NCBI GenBank assembly: GCA_965205955.1
Contig: OZ242192.1
Location: 2,376,796-2,440,795, forward strand
DNA length: 64,000 nucleotides
Direction: 5' to 3'
Source of the DNA: Gammaproteobacteria bacterium
Lineage (GTDB): Bacteria > Pseudomonadota > Gammaproteobacteria > Eutrophobiales > Eutrophobiaceae
The position numbers and the translations under genes were made by a program. Below the pieces are notes generated by a model. It made no database searches and was not told where the DNA came from. It worked only from the letters and a program-made list of their open reading frames with translations. This document shows positions 45,558 to 56,853 of this stretch, piece by piece (the stretch's first letter is position 1; the number at the start of each line of letters is the position of its first letter).

Positions 45558-46643
45558 TCATTGTTTGGCGCCGAGTTGCAGCGCGCGCTGTTTGCATTTT
45601 TCCGGCTCGGGCTGAGTGCCGCCCCAATCCCGGCAATGGCGGATAATTATATTGCATAGCGCCTGCACGTGCTCGTCATCATCATTCAGCGCCGGTATGT
45701 AGGAAAACTCCTCGCCGCCCGCTTCCGTGAAAAAGGCGCGATTCTGCATGTCGATTTCCTCCAGTGTTTCCAGACAATCAACGGAAAATCCCGGACACAC
45801 CACCTGCACATGTTTTACGCCGTCGGCGGCAAGCCCTTTCAGGGTGGCATCGGTATAGGGCTGTAGCCACTCACGCGGACCGAAGCGCGACTGGAATGTT
45901 AGCTGCCAGAGTTCTTCATCCAATTCCAGTTTTTCGGCAACAAGCCTGGCGGTTTTGTGGCATTCGCAATGATACGGGTCGCCGGCGAGGAAATAATGCC
46001 GGGGCAGGCCATGAAAGGAGAATAATAGTTTTTCCGGCCTTGTATGCTGCTGCCAGTGTTTTGCGATGCTGTTTGCCAGTGCGCTAATGTAATCGGGATG
46101 ATCGTGATAGTGGTTGATTATTCTTAGCTCCGGCAGATGCCGCCAGGTCTTCAGGACATCGGCCACAGCGTCAAAGGTGGAAGCGGTGGTTGCCGCGGAG
46201 TATTGCGGGTAAAGAGGGAAGATCAACAGGCGATCGACATTCCTCTGCCGCAGTTTTTCCAAACCGGCTTGAATGGAGGGCTCACCGTAACGCATCGCCA
46301 GTTCGACTTTTATCGAGCCGTCGAATTTTTTTGCAAGCAATGCGGTTATTTTTTCGGCTTTCTTTTTTGAAAAAGCCAGCAGCGGCGAGCCTTCATCGGT
46401 CCAGATCTTTGCATAGGCTTCCGCCGAGCGGCGCGGACGAATGCGCAGAATTATCCCGTGCAGCACAAACCACCATAGAAGTTTGGGTAATTCTATGATG
46501 CGAGGGTCCGACAGAAATTCGGCAAGGTATTTTCTGACTGCGGCCGGTTCGGGCGCAACGGGCGTCCCCAGGTTGGCGAGCAATACGCCGACGCACAGGG
46601 GAGTGTCATGCTTATAGTCCGGATTGCCTTTGTATTTTGGCAT
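45558..46643 (-). CDS. hemH: ferrochelatase
   Basis: LLANLGTPVAPEPAAVRKYLAEFLSDPRIIE...; 361 aa. Confidence 0.9.
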   Translation of the reverse strand: MPKYKGNPDYKHDTPLCVGVLLANLGTPVAPEPAAVRKYLAEFLSDPRIIELPKLLWWFVLHGIILRIRPRRSAEAYAKIWTDEGSPLLAFSKKKAEKITALLAKKFDGSIKVELAMRYGEPSIQAGLEKLRQRNVDRLLIFPLYPQYSAATTASTFDAVADVLKTWRHLPELRIINHYHDHPDYISALANSIAKHWQQHTRPEKLLFSFHGLPRHYFLAGDPYHCECHKTARLVAEKLELDEELWQLTFQSRFGPREWLQPYTDATLKGLAADGVKHVQVVCPGFSVDCLETLEEIDMQNRAFFTEAGGEEFSYIPALNDDDEHVQALCNIIIRHCRDWGGTQPEPEKCKQRALQLGAKQ

Positions 46644-46742
46644 ACAGGGATCTTATATAGGAGCGGAAAGCGTTTGTAAAAATATCCTTTCTCCGCCGGC
46701 TTGAGCGCGTCTGTTTTCAAGAAGCTGACAGAGAGGTATATA

Positions 46743-47849
46743 ATGCTTGGGAACTTATGGATAATTTTATACACAATGCCCGAATACCAGCAATTACTGA
46801 CCCGGCTCGATGATATAAGCTATCAAACGTCGATTCTGAAGGATGTATCGCGCACCTTTGCGCTGACTATCCCGCAGTTGCCTGAATCGCTGTCTGTTAT
46901 TGTGAGCAATGCGTATCTGTTGTGCCGTATTGCAGATACTATCGAAGATGATAAATCCATGCCGGCGGACGGGAAACAGAATTTTACCACAATGTTTATC
47001 CGGGTTGTGGCGGGACAGCAGGGCGCAGAGGAATTTTCCAGGCAGTTGTTCCCTCTGTTATCTGCGGAGACGCCCGGGATGGAGCATGATTTAATCGTCA
47101 ATACGGCCGCTATTGTGCGGATCACCCACGGCTTCAATCGGCGCCAGCGCGCCGCATTGGAACGCTGCGTCACCATCATGGCACAAGGCATGGCGCGCTA
47201 CCAGAACGGCAAAACCCTGGAGGGTGTGAGCAATATCGAGGATATGAATCAGTATTGCTACTATGTGGCCGGGGTTGTCGGCGAGATGCTGACTGAGTTA
47301 TTTTGCGACTATTCGGATGAAATCGGTCGAAATCAACAGAAATTGATGCCGCTTGCGGTGTCGTTCGGGCAGGCTTTGCAAATGACCAATATCCTCAAGG
47401 ATATCTGGGAGGATCATCACAGGGGGGCCTGCTGGTTGCCGCGTGATCTTTTCAGCAAATACGGGGTGGATATCAGCAGAAAACAGCCCGGTGAACGGAA
47501 TGAGGGGTTCAGACAGGCATTGTCGGAACTGATCGGCATAGCACATGCTCACAGCGAGAATGCGCTGCACTATATCCTGATGTTGCCCCCCGGCGAGAGG
47601 GGACTGCGGCGCTTTTGTCTCTGGGCACTGGGTATGGCGGTGTTGACTCTGGATAATATCCATGAAAATCCATGGTTTACCACAGGAAATCAGGTGAAAA
47701 TCAGCCGCCATAGCGTCAAGGCAACCATGCTTTTCACCAATGCGCTGATCAACCATGATAGTGCGCTCCGGTCTCTGTTTGATTTTGCCAGAAGAAATTT
47801 ACCGGTATCGGTTATTCGTCCAAAACTAATCCTCAATCCGGGCGCCTGA
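46743..47849 (+). CDS. squalene/phytoene synthase family protein (HpnC/HpnD or CrtB-like)
   Basis: VSRTFALTIPQLPE...AYLLCRIADTIEDD (first Asp-rich motif) and YCYYVAGVVGEML...DIWEDHHRG (second motif region). Confidence 0.65.
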   Translation: MLGNLWIILYTMPEYQQLLTRLDDISYQTSILKDVSRTFALTIPQLPESLSVIVSNAYLLCRIADTIEDDKSMPADGKQNFTTMFIRVVAGQQGAEEFSRQLFPLLSAETPGMEHDLIVNTAAIVRITHGFNRRQRAALERCVTIMAQGMARYQNGKTLEGVSNIEDMNQYCYYVAGVVGEMLTELFCDYSDEIGRNQQKLMPLAVSFGQALQMTNILKDIWEDHHRGACWLPRDLFSKYGVDISRKQPGERNEGFRQALSELIGIAHAHSENALHYILMLPPGERGLRRFCLWALGMAVLTLDNIHENPWFTTGNQVKISRHSVKATMLFTNALINHDSALRSLFDFARRNLPVSVIRPKLILNPGA

Positions 47850-47955
47850 GACCGCCGCTCAGTAAGATAATCGCTCAGTCGCGTAACGTACCGGTTGATA
47901 TTTCAGGAGGGATGTTGGATACTATGCAATTCCCCCTGTTATTCGGAGATATATT

Positions 47956-49227
47956 TTGACAAACAAAGCGCCCACTGATGGTGAAAAAATCACGATTGAT
48001 GGGGGAGTGCTCAAGGTACCGAATAACCCTGTTATCCCCTATATTGAAGGCGACGGAATCGGCCCGGATGTGTGGCGCGCCACTGAAAAGGTGCTGAGCG
48101 CAGCGGTAGAAAAGGCGTATTCCGGCGACAGAACTATCAAGTGGATGGAGGTGTATGCTGGAGAAAAGGCAAACCGGCTCGCCGGAAACTGGCTGCCGGA
48201 TGAAACGCTGGATGCATGCCGCAAGTATCTGGTTGCAATCAAGGGGCCTCTTACTACTCCGATAGGCGGCGGTTTCCGATCGCTGAATGTGGCACTCAGA
48301 CAGATCCTGGATCTGTATGTTTGCCTTCGACCCATCAGATGGTTTAAGGGGGTGCCCTCGCCTGTCAAGGAACCGCAATTGATCGATATGGTGATATTCC
48401 GGGAAAATACGGAAGATATCTATGCCGGGATCGAATTTAAAAGCGGAACCGAAGAAAACTACCGCCTGATTGAATTCCTCAAAAAGACATTCCCCGACAT
48501 GTACCAGAAGATCCGCTTCCCGGAATCATCGGGCATAGGCATCAAACCGGTTTCCCAGGAGGGAACGTCAAGACTGGTCAGGGCTGCAATTCGTTATGCT
48601 ATCGATAACGGGCGCCGTAGCGTCACATTGGTGCATAAGGGCAATATTATGAAATTCACCGAAGGCGCATTCCGCAATTGGGGCTATGAGACCGCCGAAT
48701 CCGAGTTCCCGGAGCAAACCTATACCTGGGAGCAACAGCAGCGTGAAATGGCGGAGGGCGGCAAGCAGGATCGGGCGGCGACGGATGGAAAAGTATTGAT
48801 TAAAGATGCTATTGCCGACATCACGCTGCAACAGGTGCTTACCCGCCCCTCTGAATTCGATGTCATTGCCACCCTGAATCTGAACGGCGATTATCTTTCG
48901 GATGCGCTGGCAGCACAGGTCGGCGGTATCGGCATTGCTCCGGGCGCGAATATCAATTATGAAACCGGCCATGCGATTTTTGAGGCTACCCACGGCACCG
49001 CCCCGAAATATGCCAATCTGGATAAGGTCAATCCCGGTTCATTATTGCTTTCCGGAGAAATGATGCTGCGCTATCTTGGCTGGAACGAGGCGGCCGACCG
49101 AGTCATCAGCGCCATGGATAAAACTATCATAAGCAAGATAGTCACTTATGACTTTGCCCGCCTGATGGAGGATGGCAAGGAAGTAAAATGCAGTGAATTT
49201 GCGGATGCTCTGATAAGTAATCTATAG
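47956..49227 (+). CDS. icd: NADP-dependent isocitrate dehydrogenase
   Basis: Colinear with E. coli Icd: [62 protein letters not shown]. Confidence 0.92.
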   Translation: MTNKAPTDGEKITIDGGVLKVPNNPVIPYIEGDGIGPDVWRATEKVLSAAVEKAYSGDRTIKWMEVYAGEKANRLAGNWLPDETLDACRKYLVAIKGPLTTPIGGGFRSLNVALRQILDLYVCLRPIRWFKGVPSPVKEPQLIDMVIFRENTEDIYAGIEFKSGTEENYRLIEFLKKTFPDMYQKIRFPESSGIGIKPVSQEGTSRLVRAAIRYAIDNGRRSVTLVHKGNIMKFTEGAFRNWGYETAESEFPEQTYTWEQQQREMAEGGKQDRAATDGKVLIKDAIADITLQQVLTRPSEFDVIATLNLNGDYLSDALAAQVGGIGIAPGANINYETGHAIFEATHGTAPKYANLDKVNPGSLLLSGEMMLRYLGWNEAADRVISAMDKTIISKIVTYDFARLMEDGKEVKCSEFADALISNL

Positions 49228-49236
49228 GGGCGTATC

Positions 49237-51000
49237 GTGCCGTCAAAACCGTTTGATGATTTGATAGCGGAGTGTTCCCAGATTATCTATGACGGCTTCA
49301 TTCAGTATGATAATCAATTTCACCGCATCACCCGCCGCGCCAGAATCCGGTTTGAAAAGCGCGACTGGAAGGGGCATCAGCAGGATATAGTCGATCGGGT
49401 CGATCTGTATGAGCAATCAGTACGCCGCATAGTAATTCAACTGCGCCGCACCATGGGCGGACGCATCAATGATTATGATCTCTGGAATGAGATAAACACC
49501 TACTTTGGTGAACGGCTGATTGAAGTGCCGGATGCAAATTTTATCAAGACATTCTTTAATTCCACCACCCGCCGCATTTTCGGAACAGTGGGCATCGATC
49601 CGAAACTCGAGTTCATCGCCACCGATTCAATCGATGATCAGGAAATGGCCGCCTCATTAAATATCAGACGCTATCCCTACTGGGATTCGGTACAGCGCAT
49701 TTTTGAAACCATACTTGCGGATTTTTCATTTCGCAACGTTCCCTATAATGATCTGGGAAAGAATGCGGAGCACATTGCCGGGAAAATAAAATCTCATTTC
49801 AATACAGAACGGTCTTCGATAATCGGCATCCGCCGGTTTGAATTTGTTAATTCGTTCTTTTATCAGGCGGCGCGCGCCTATCTGGTCGGCAGAATTATGC
49901 TTTCCGATAACACTCTGCCGCTGGTTATCGCATTTAAAAATGAAGATGATGGAATTCATGTGGATGCCGTACTGCTGACCGAAAAGGAGGTGAGCATTGT
50001 ATTCGGCTACACGCGCTCTTATTATTTCGCCGATCCTACCTCGGTAATAGGCACGGTCTATTTCCTGCATTCGATATTGAAGGACAAGCCTGTCGATGAG
50101 CTCTATACCGTGCTGGGACGACTGCGTCAGGGCAAAACGGAACGGTATAGGATCTTTACCCGGCATATGCGTCAAAGCGATGAGCAGTTTGTGCATGCCG
50201 CGGGCGACAAAGGGCTGGTTATGATCGTATTTACATTTCCTTCCTACGATTTGGTATTCAAGGTCATACGCGATAAGTTTGGCCACCCGAAAAAGGTCTC
50301 ACGCAAAGAGGTAATCGAAAAATACAAATTGGTATCGCACCATGACCGCGCCGGGCGGTTGATAGATACCCAGGAATTTCGCAATCTTGAATATAAAATC
50401 GATCGCTTTTCGGATGAATTGCTGAATGAATTATTGTCCGAAGCCTCCAACACCGTTGAGATTGAAGGCAATAATCTGCTGCTGGGCCATGTTTATATAG
50501 AAAGACGGGTGCGCCCACTCAACCTTTATATCAATGAAATGAGCGATGACGATACCCAGCGGGCTATGATAGATTACGGGCAGACAATCAAGGACCTGGC
50601 TAAAACCAATATCTTCCCCGGCGATCTGCTGCTGAAAAATTTCGGCGTCACCAAGTATAACCGCGTTGTCTTCTACGACTATGATGAAGTTTCACTGGTC
50701 ACGGAATGCAATTTTCGCGATATTCCCGAGTCCGACAATATCGAGGATGAGATGCAGGAGGATTGCTGGTATTACGTCGGAGAAAACGATGTATTCCCGC
50801 AGGAGTTTATAAATTTTTTGGCGATGAACGATACACTGCAGGAGACTTTTATCAAATATCACAAAGATCTGCTCAGCACCCGGTACTGGCGCGATATAAA
50901 GGATAAACATTTAGCGGGAGAGGTATCGCCGGTCATCACGTATGCAAGTCCGGCGGCCTTGTTTCCGGCGCTGCCTGTAGAAAAAGATCAGTCCGATTAA
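49237..51000 (+). CDS. aceK: isocitrate dehydrogenase kinase/phosphatase
   Basis: 587 aa; N-terminal regulatory domain and C-terminal kinase domain typical of AceK. It lies immediately downstream of icd. Confidence 0.9.
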   Translation: MPSKPFDDLIAECSQIIYDGFIQYDNQFHRITRRARIRFEKRDWKGHQQDIVDRVDLYEQSVRRIVIQLRRTMGGRINDYDLWNEINTYFGERLIEVPDANFIKTFFNSTTRRIFGTVGIDPKLEFIATDSIDDQEMAASLNIRRYPYWDSVQRIFETILADFSFRNVPYNDLGKNAEHIAGKIKSHFNTERSSIIGIRRFEFVNSFFYQAARAYLVGRIMLSDNTLPLVIAFKNEDDGIHVDAVLLTEKEVSIVFGYTRSYYFADPTSVIGTVYFLHSILKDKPVDELYTVLGRLRQGKTERYRIFTRHMRQSDEQFVHAAGDKGLVMIVFTFPSYDLVFKVIRDKFGHPKKVSRKEVIEKYKLVSHHDRAGRLIDTQEFRNLEYKIDRFSDELLNELLSEASNTVEIEGNNLLLGHVYIERRVRPLNLYINEMSDDDTQRAMIDYGQTIKDLAKTNIFPGDLLLKNFGVTKYNRVVFYDYDEVSLVTECNFRDIPESDNIEDEMQEDCWYYVGENDVFPQEFINFLAMNDTLQETFIKYHKDLLSTRYWRDIKDKHLAGEVSPVITYASPAALFPALPVEKDQSD

Positions 51001-52376
51001 TCCCCGGCCGGATTATACCAGGCCAATTTTTCATGCAACCGAACCACCTCCCCGACAATAATCATGCTTGGCGGCTTTATTTGCCTGTTTCGCACCGTAT
51101 CCGGCAGCGTTTGCAGACTGCCTATATACACTTTTTGATTTAACATGGTTCCCTGCTCAATGATTGCGGCGGGCAGATCGGGAGACAGACCGCGGCGAAT
51201 CAATTCATAACTCAACTTTTCAATTCCATGCACACCCATGTAAATGGCAATAGTTTGCTGCGGCTGTACCATTGCATCCCAATTCAGGGATAAATTCTCA
51301 TCCTTCAGATGCCCGGTAACAAACAGGCATGACTGGGCAAAATCCCGGTGCGTCAACGGGATCCCCGCATAGCTTGCACAGCCGCTGGCCGCAGTAATTC
51401 CCGGCACTACCTGGAAGGATACGCCGGCCTCGGACAATAACGAGATTTCTTCGCCGCCACGCCCGAAAATAAACGGATCGCCGCCTTTCAGGCGCAACAC
51501 CCGCTTGCCCTGTTTGGCCAGATCCACCAATAATTGATTGATTTCATCCTGTGAAATGGTGTGCTGATCGTTCTTTTTTCCGACATATACACGCTCCGCA
51601 TCCTTGCGCACCAGATCAAGCACCCTTTTCGCCACCAGGCGATCATACAGGACAACATCGGCCTGCTGCATCAGGCGCAAGGCCCTGAAGGTCAGCAAAT
51701 CGGGATCGCCCGGCCCTCCTCCGACCAGATAGACCTCGCCGTGCCTTGCTATGGCATGATTATCATGCTCAAGATATTGTTCGAGCGTTCTAAGCGCCGC
51801 TTCACCCTGTCCGGCATACAGCATCTCTTCGATCGGCCCCTGTAATACTTCTTCCCAAAAGCGCCGCCGCTGCCGCATATCGGGAAAACGCTCGCGCACC
51901 GGTGTGCGAAACCGGGCAATCACCTTTGCCAATTCACCATACGAGGCGGGAATATAGGTTTCGAGACGCGCACGCAACAGGCGTGCGAGTATCGGTGATA
52001 CCCCGCCTGAAGACACCGCAATAAAGACCGGATCGCGATTGACGATGGAAGGCATGATAAAGGTGCAAAGTTCAGGGTTGTCCACCACGTTGACCGGTAT
52101 ATTTTCCGCCTGCGCCAGTTCGGAAACGCGACGATTAACCTGCTCATCATCGCTTGCCGCGATCACCATACAGTTACCGGCTATTAATTCCTCTGCGAAA
52201 TTAGATACTATGGTCTTGATCTGCTGCTGTTCGGAGAGTTGCCGGACGGCTTCATTGAAATCCGGCGACACCACAGTGACCTCCGCTCCAAATTCGAGCA
52301 ACTGCGTTATTTTGCGCAACGCGACCTCTCCGCCGCCGACTACCAGGCAGGGACGATGGGTAATATCGATGGATAT
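50997..52376 (-). CDS. cysG: siroheme synthase CysG; the start codon is uncertain and probably non-ATG
   Basis: C-terminal SUMT domain VVLYDRLV...[13 protein letters not shown]. The N-terminal Rossmann motif [27 protein letters not shown] lies upstream of the TTG at 52319. The frame is open back to a TGA at about 52392 with no ATG. The sequence ...[22 protein letters not shown] aligns to E. coli [21 protein letters not shown]. Confidence 0.85.
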   Translation of the reverse strand: MSIDITHRPCLVVGGGEVALRKITQLLEFGAEVTVVSPDFNEAVRQLSEQQQIKTIVSNFAEELIAGNCMVIAASDDEQVNRRVSELAQAENIPVNVVDNPELCTFIMPSIVNRDPVFIAVSSGGVSPILARLLRARLETYIPASYGELAKVIARFRTPVRERFPDMRQRRRFWEEVLQGPIEEMLYAGQGEAALRTLEQYLEHDNHAIARHGEVYLVGGGPGDPDLLTFRALRLMQQADVVLYDRLVAKRVLDLVRKDAERVYVGKKNDQHTISQDEINQLLVDLAKQGKRVLRLKGGDPFIFGRGGEEISLLSEAGVSFQVVPGITAASGCASYAGIPLTHRDFAQSCLFVTGHLKDENLSLNWDAMVQPQQTIAIYMGVHGIEKLSYELIRRGLSPDLPAAIIEQGTMLNQKVYIGSLQTLPDTVRNRQIKPPSMIIVGEVVRLHEKLAWYNPAGD

Positions 52377-52461
52377 AGGTAAATAAGCCAGTTTATTTAT
52401 TCAAAGCTGTATGAAATCGACTCAGACCGGTGCCGGATGATGATAGCCAGCTATATAGTTT

Positions 52462-53433
52462 TTATTCATTAATTTTTTCAAGTTTTTTCTTTTTAATAAA
52501 GAATGTATTAAATCCATATTTATTTATCCTGATCCGTAATGCTTTAAGGATGAAATTTACTGGAATTAAATCTCCAATATAATACCAATAAAACTTGTGC
52601 CCATATATTTTTTTACAAAAATCTATATAAAGTCTTTTATATTTTATTTGCCTTTTTCGATACTCTTTTATTCCAACACAACCTGGAGTATTAACTACTT
52701 CTTTTCTCCATAAAAATCTGTAAAGCCAGGGTTTATTCCTAACAAAATGTAAAAAAATAATTTTATTTTCAGGAAGATTACCTTTAAAAAAGTTATTCCA
52801 TTCTACTCCAAGACGATAAAAACTAAAAAGTCCTTTTATTCTTAAAAAGAAAAAAACTATTTCATCTGTTTCAAAATAAGCAACGTTCAACAAGTCTTTG
52901 TACAGGTTTATAAATTTTTCCTTAAACTTTTTCTTTGCCAAATTTTTATTGTTGTACACTACAACCCCTGAATTCATCCAGAATTCTTCCAAATCTTCTT
53001 CTTTCATACCCAATGTCTTCAGGAATTTTGTATATTCTGCTCTATGTACTTTCCTCAAAGCAAGCTCTTCTACTTCTTCTATTACATTCATAGGTACTTT
53101 ACCTATGCAAAAAATATCTCCATCAAGAACAATTGAATAGGAAAAGCCTTTTTTATAGAAGGCTTCCGGAATGGCACAACTCCAAAAACATTCATTTGGC
53201 CAGAGAAACTTTCTGGTATCCCCAAAAATATTTTCCAGATCAATTTTCAAAACTCCTAAATTGTATTCTTCAATAACTCTTTTGTATTTGTCACTGATAT
53301 TTCCGCAGACAAAATACTCAAAGTTTTTATTTTCCTCGTTCTTCTCCCTTACAGATAAAAGTGTAATTATTGCCTTATAGATATACCTGTCATTCGTTGA
53401 AATTACACAAACAGCAACTTTGTCTCTTGACAT
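52462..53433 (-). CDS. GT-A fold glycosyltransferase, family 8-like; paralogue 1 of 4
   Basis: MSRDKVAVCVISTNDRYIYKAIITLLSV...SIVLDGDIFC (DxD)...NSGVVVYNNKNL; about 28% GC. Confidence 0.55.
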   Translation of the reverse strand: MSRDKVAVCVISTNDRYIYKAIITLLSVREKNEENKNFEYFVCGNISDKYKRVIEEYNLGVLKIDLENIFGDTRKFLWPNECFWSCAIPEAFYKKGFSYSIVLDGDIFCIGKVPMNVIEEVEELALRKVHRAEYTKFLKTLGMKEEDLEEFWMNSGVVVYNNKNLAKKKFKEKFINLYKDLLNVAYFETDEIVFFFLRIKGLFSFYRLGVEWNNFFKGNLPENKIIFLHFVRNKPWLYRFLWRKEVVNTPGCVGIKEYRKRQIKYKRLYIDFCKKIYGHKFYWYYIGDLIPVNFILKALRIRINKYGFNTFFIKKKKLEKINE

Positions 53434-53624
53434 CGCACACTCCTTATTTTCAATGTTATTATCTGCCTCATTAACAAAAACTCCATTCACGCCAGCCCCG
53501 CAGCCATAGAAAAGGACGATTGGCCATATCTATGGATATAGATAAATAAGCCAGTTTATTTATTCGACGCTATAGTAAATCAACTCAGACCGGCGCCGGA
53601 TGATGATAGCCAGCTATATAGTTT

Positions 53625-54602
53625 TTATTCATTAATTTTTTCAAGTTTTTTCTTTTTAATAAAGAATGTATTAAATCCATATTTATTTATCCTGATCCGT
53701 AATGCTTTAAGGATGAAATTTACTGGAGTTAAATCTCCAATATAATACCAATAAAACTTGTGCTCGTATGTTTTTTTACAAAAATCTATATAAAGTATTT
53801 TATATTTGATTCTTCTTTTTTGATACTCCTGTATTCCAACACAACCTGGAGTATTAATTTCTTCTTTTCTCCATAAAAATCTGTAGAGCCAGGGTTTATA
53901 ATGTAAATGTAAAAAAATAATCTTATTTTCAGGAAGATGACCTTTAAAAAAGTTATTCCATTCTACTCCAAGACGATAAAAACTAAAAAGTCCTTTTATT
54001 CTTAAAAAGAAAAAAACTATTTCATCTTCTTCAAAATAGGAAATTTTCGATAAATCCCTGTACAGGTTTATAAATTTTTCCTTAAACTTTTTCTTTGCCA
54101 AATTTTTATTGTTGTACACTACAACTCCTGAATTCATCCAGAATTCTTCCAAATCTTCTTCTTTCATACCCAATGTCTTCAAGAGTTTTGTATATCCTGT
54201 ATTTTTTGCTCTACGTGCTTTCTGCAAAGCAAGCTCTTCTACTTCTTCTATTACATTCATAGGTACTTTACCTATGCAAAAAATATCTCCATCAAGAACA
54301 ATTGAATAGGCAAAACCTTTTTTATAGAAGGCTTCCGGAATGGCACAACTCCAAAAACATTCATTTGGCAATATAAATTCTTTGGAATCCCCAAAAATAT
54401 TTTTCAGATCAATTTTCAAAACTCCTAAATTGTATTCTTCAATAACTCTTTTGTATTTGTCACTGATATTTCCGCAGACAAAATACTCAAAGTTTTTATT
54501 TTCCTCGTTCTTCTCTCTTACAGACAGCAGCGTAATAATTGCCTTATAGACATAACTGTCATTCGTTGAAATTACACAAACAGCAACTTTATCTTTTGAC
54601 AT
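53625..54602 (-). CDS. GT8-like glycosyltransferase, paralogue 2 of 4
   Basis: Nearly identical to paralogue 1 over the first roughly 200 aa and in C-terminal type. Confidence 0.55.
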   Translation of the reverse strand: MSKDKVAVCVISTNDSYVYKAIITLLSVREKNEENKNFEYFVCGNISDKYKRVIEEYNLGVLKIDLKNIFGDSKEFILPNECFWSCAIPEAFYKKGFAYSIVLDGDIFCIGKVPMNVIEEVEELALQKARRAKNTGYTKLLKTLGMKEEDLEEFWMNSGVVVYNNKNLAKKKFKEKFINLYRDLSKISYFEEDEIVFFFLRIKGLFSFYRLGVEWNNFFKGHLPENKIIFLHLHYKPWLYRFLWRKEEINTPGCVGIQEYQKRRIKYKILYIDFCKKTYEHKFYWYYIGDLTPVNFILKALRIRINKYGFNTFFIKKKKLEKINE

Positions 54603-54756
54603 CTTACATTTCTCCTTTTCAATTTTGTTATCTGCTTCATTAAAAAAACTCCATTCGCGCCAACCCCGTAGCCACAGGACGATTGGCAATATCTTAGTCC
54701 GGTTTATTTATGCGACGCTATAGTAGTAACCTGAGCTGTCGCCGATTATGCCCACC

Positions 54757-55707
54757 TTACGATAAAAAATCTCTCACTATTTTTTTTAGCGAGAAAAAGT
54801 CAAGTAATCTTACCAAAGATTGTCTTATGATTTTCTTTATTGGTATTACATCTCCGATGTAATACCAATAAAACTTATGCCCATATATTTTTTTGCAAAA
54901 ATTAATATAAAATTCTCTATATTTTATCCTTCTTTTTTTATTTATCTCCACCCCAATATCATTTGAATCAGGCAGTTTCCCCCATAAAAATCTGTAACGC
55001 CAAGGCTTATAATGTAAATGTAGAAAAATAAGCTCACTGTCAGGAAGGATGGTGTCCAATGCACTGTTCCATTTTAGTCTAAGATCATAAAAATTAAAAA
55101 GTCCTTTCATTCTTAAAAAGAAAAAAACCGTTTCATCTACTTCAAAATAGGAAATTTTCGATAAATCCCTGTACAGGTTTATAAATTCTTCCTTAAATTT
55201 TTTCCTTGTTAAATTTTTATTATTAAAAATTATAGTTCCTGAACACATCCAACATTCTTCAATATCTTTTTGTCTAGAATTAAATTTCTTTATAATTTTT
55301 CGCAATGTAAGCTCGTTTGTTCTTTTCGCCAAAGCAAGCTCTTCTACTTCTTCTATTACATTCATAGGCACTTTACCTATGCAAAAAATATCTCCATCAA
55401 GAACAATTGAATAGGGAAAACCTTTTTTATAGAAGGCTTCCGGAATGGCACAACTCCAAAAACATTCATTTGGCAATATAAATCCTTTGGAACTTCCAAA
55501 AATATTTTTCAGATCAATTTTCAAAACTCCTAAATTGTATTCTTCAATAACTCTTTTGTATTTGTCACTGATATTTCCACAAACAAAATACTCAAAGTTT
55601 TTATTTTCCTCGTTCTTCTCCCTTACAGACAGAAGTGCAATAATTGCCTTATAAACATAACTGTCATTCGTTGAAATTACACAAACAGCAACTTTATCTG
55701 TTGACAT
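54757..55707 (-). CDS. GT8-like glycosyltransferase, paralogue 3 of 4, with an alternative C-terminal module
   Basis: The N-terminal roughly 150 aa match paralogues 1 and 2; the C-terminal half is of a second type (…CWMCSGTIIFNNKNLTRKKF…IPIKKIIRQSLVRLLDFFSLKKIVRDFLS). An A8 tract lies near the 3' end. Confidence 0.55.
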   Translation of the reverse strand: MSTDKVAVCVISTNDSYVYKAIIALLSVREKNEENKNFEYFVCGNISDKYKRVIEEYNLGVLKIDLKNIFGSSKGFILPNECFWSCAIPEAFYKKGFPYSIVLDGDIFCIGKVPMNVIEEVEELALAKRTNELTLRKIIKKFNSRQKDIEECWMCSGTIIFNNKNLTRKKFKEEFINLYRDLSKISYFEVDETVFFFLRMKGLFNFYDLRLKWNSALDTILPDSELIFLHLHYKPWRYRFLWGKLPDSNDIGVEINKKRRIKYREFYINFCKKIYGHKFYWYYIGDVIPIKKIIRQSLVRLLDFFSLKKIVRDFLS

Positions 55708-55862
55708 CTTACATCTCTCCTTTTCAATTTTGTTATCTGCTTCATTAAAAAAACTCCATTCGCGCCAACCCCGTAGCCACAGGACGATTGGCAATATCTT
55801 AGTCCGGTTTATTTATGCGACGCTATAGTAGTAACCTGAGCTGTCGCCGATTATGTCCCACC

Positions 55863-56816
55863 TTACGATAAAAAATCTCTCACTATTTTTTTTAGCGAGA
55901 AAAAGTCAAGTAATCTTACCAAAGATTTTTTTATGATTTTCTTTATTGGTATTACATCGGAGATGTAATACCAATAAAACTTATGCCCATATATTTTTTT
56001 GCAAAAATTAATATAAAATTCTCTATATTTTATTCTTCTTTTTTTATGTATCTCCACCCCAATATCATTTGAATCAGGCAATTTCTCCCATAAAAATCTG
56101 TAATGCCAAGGCTTAGAAGTGATATGCAAAAAAATAAGATCACTGTCAGGAAGGATGGTGTTCAATGGACCGTTCCATTTTACTCTAAGATCATAAAAAT
56201 TAAAAAGTCCTTTTATTCTTAAAAAGAAAAAAACCGTTTCATCTGCTTCAAAATAGGAAATTTTCGATAAATCCCTGTACAGGTTTATAAATTCTTCCTT
56301 AAATTTTTTCCTTGTTAAATTTTTATTATTAAAAATTATAGTTCCTGAACTCATCCAGCATTCTTCAATATCTTTTTGTCTAAAATTAAATTTCTTCATA
56401 ATTTTTCGCAGAAATGCCTGCCCTTTTGTTCCTATCCTCAAAGCAAGCTCTTCTACTTCTTCTATTACATTCATAGGCACTTTACCTATGCAAAAAATAT
56501 CTCCATCAAGAACAATTGAATAGGAAAAACCTTTTTTATAGAAGGCTTCCGGAATGGCACAACTCCAAAAACATTCATTTGGCCATATAAATCCTTTGGA
56601 ACCTCCAAAAATATTTTTCAGATCAATTTTCAAAACTCCTAAATTGTATTCTTCAATAACTCTTTTATATTTGTCACTGATATTTCCGCAGACAAAATAT
56701 TCAAAGTTTTTATTTTCCTCGTTCTTCTCTCTTACGGACAGAAGTGTAATGATTGCCTTATAAACATAACTGTCATTCGTTGAAATTACACAAACAGCAA
56801 CTTTATCTTTTGACAT
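55863..56816 (-). CDS. GT8-like glycosyltransferase, paralogue 4 of 4, same C-terminal type as paralogue 3
   Basis: Same type as paralogue 3. Its start region abuts the addA stop. Confidence 0.55.
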   Translation of the reverse strand: MSKDKVAVCVISTNDSYVYKAIITLLSVREKNEENKNFEYFVCGNISDKYKRVIEEYNLGVLKIDLKNIFGGSKGFIWPNECFWSCAIPEAFYKKGFSYSIVLDGDIFCIGKVPMNVIEEVEELALRIGTKGQAFLRKIMKKFNFRQKDIEECWMSSGTIIFNNKNLTRKKFKEEFINLYRDLSKISYFEADETVFFFLRIKGLFNFYDLRVKWNGPLNTILPDSDLIFLHITSKPWHYRFLWEKLPDSNDIGVEIHKKRRIKYREFYINFCKKIYGHKFYWYYISDVIPIKKIIKKSLVRLLDFFSLKKIVRDFLS

Positions 56817-56853
56817 CTTACATTTCTTCTTTTCAATTTTGTTATCTTCCTTA

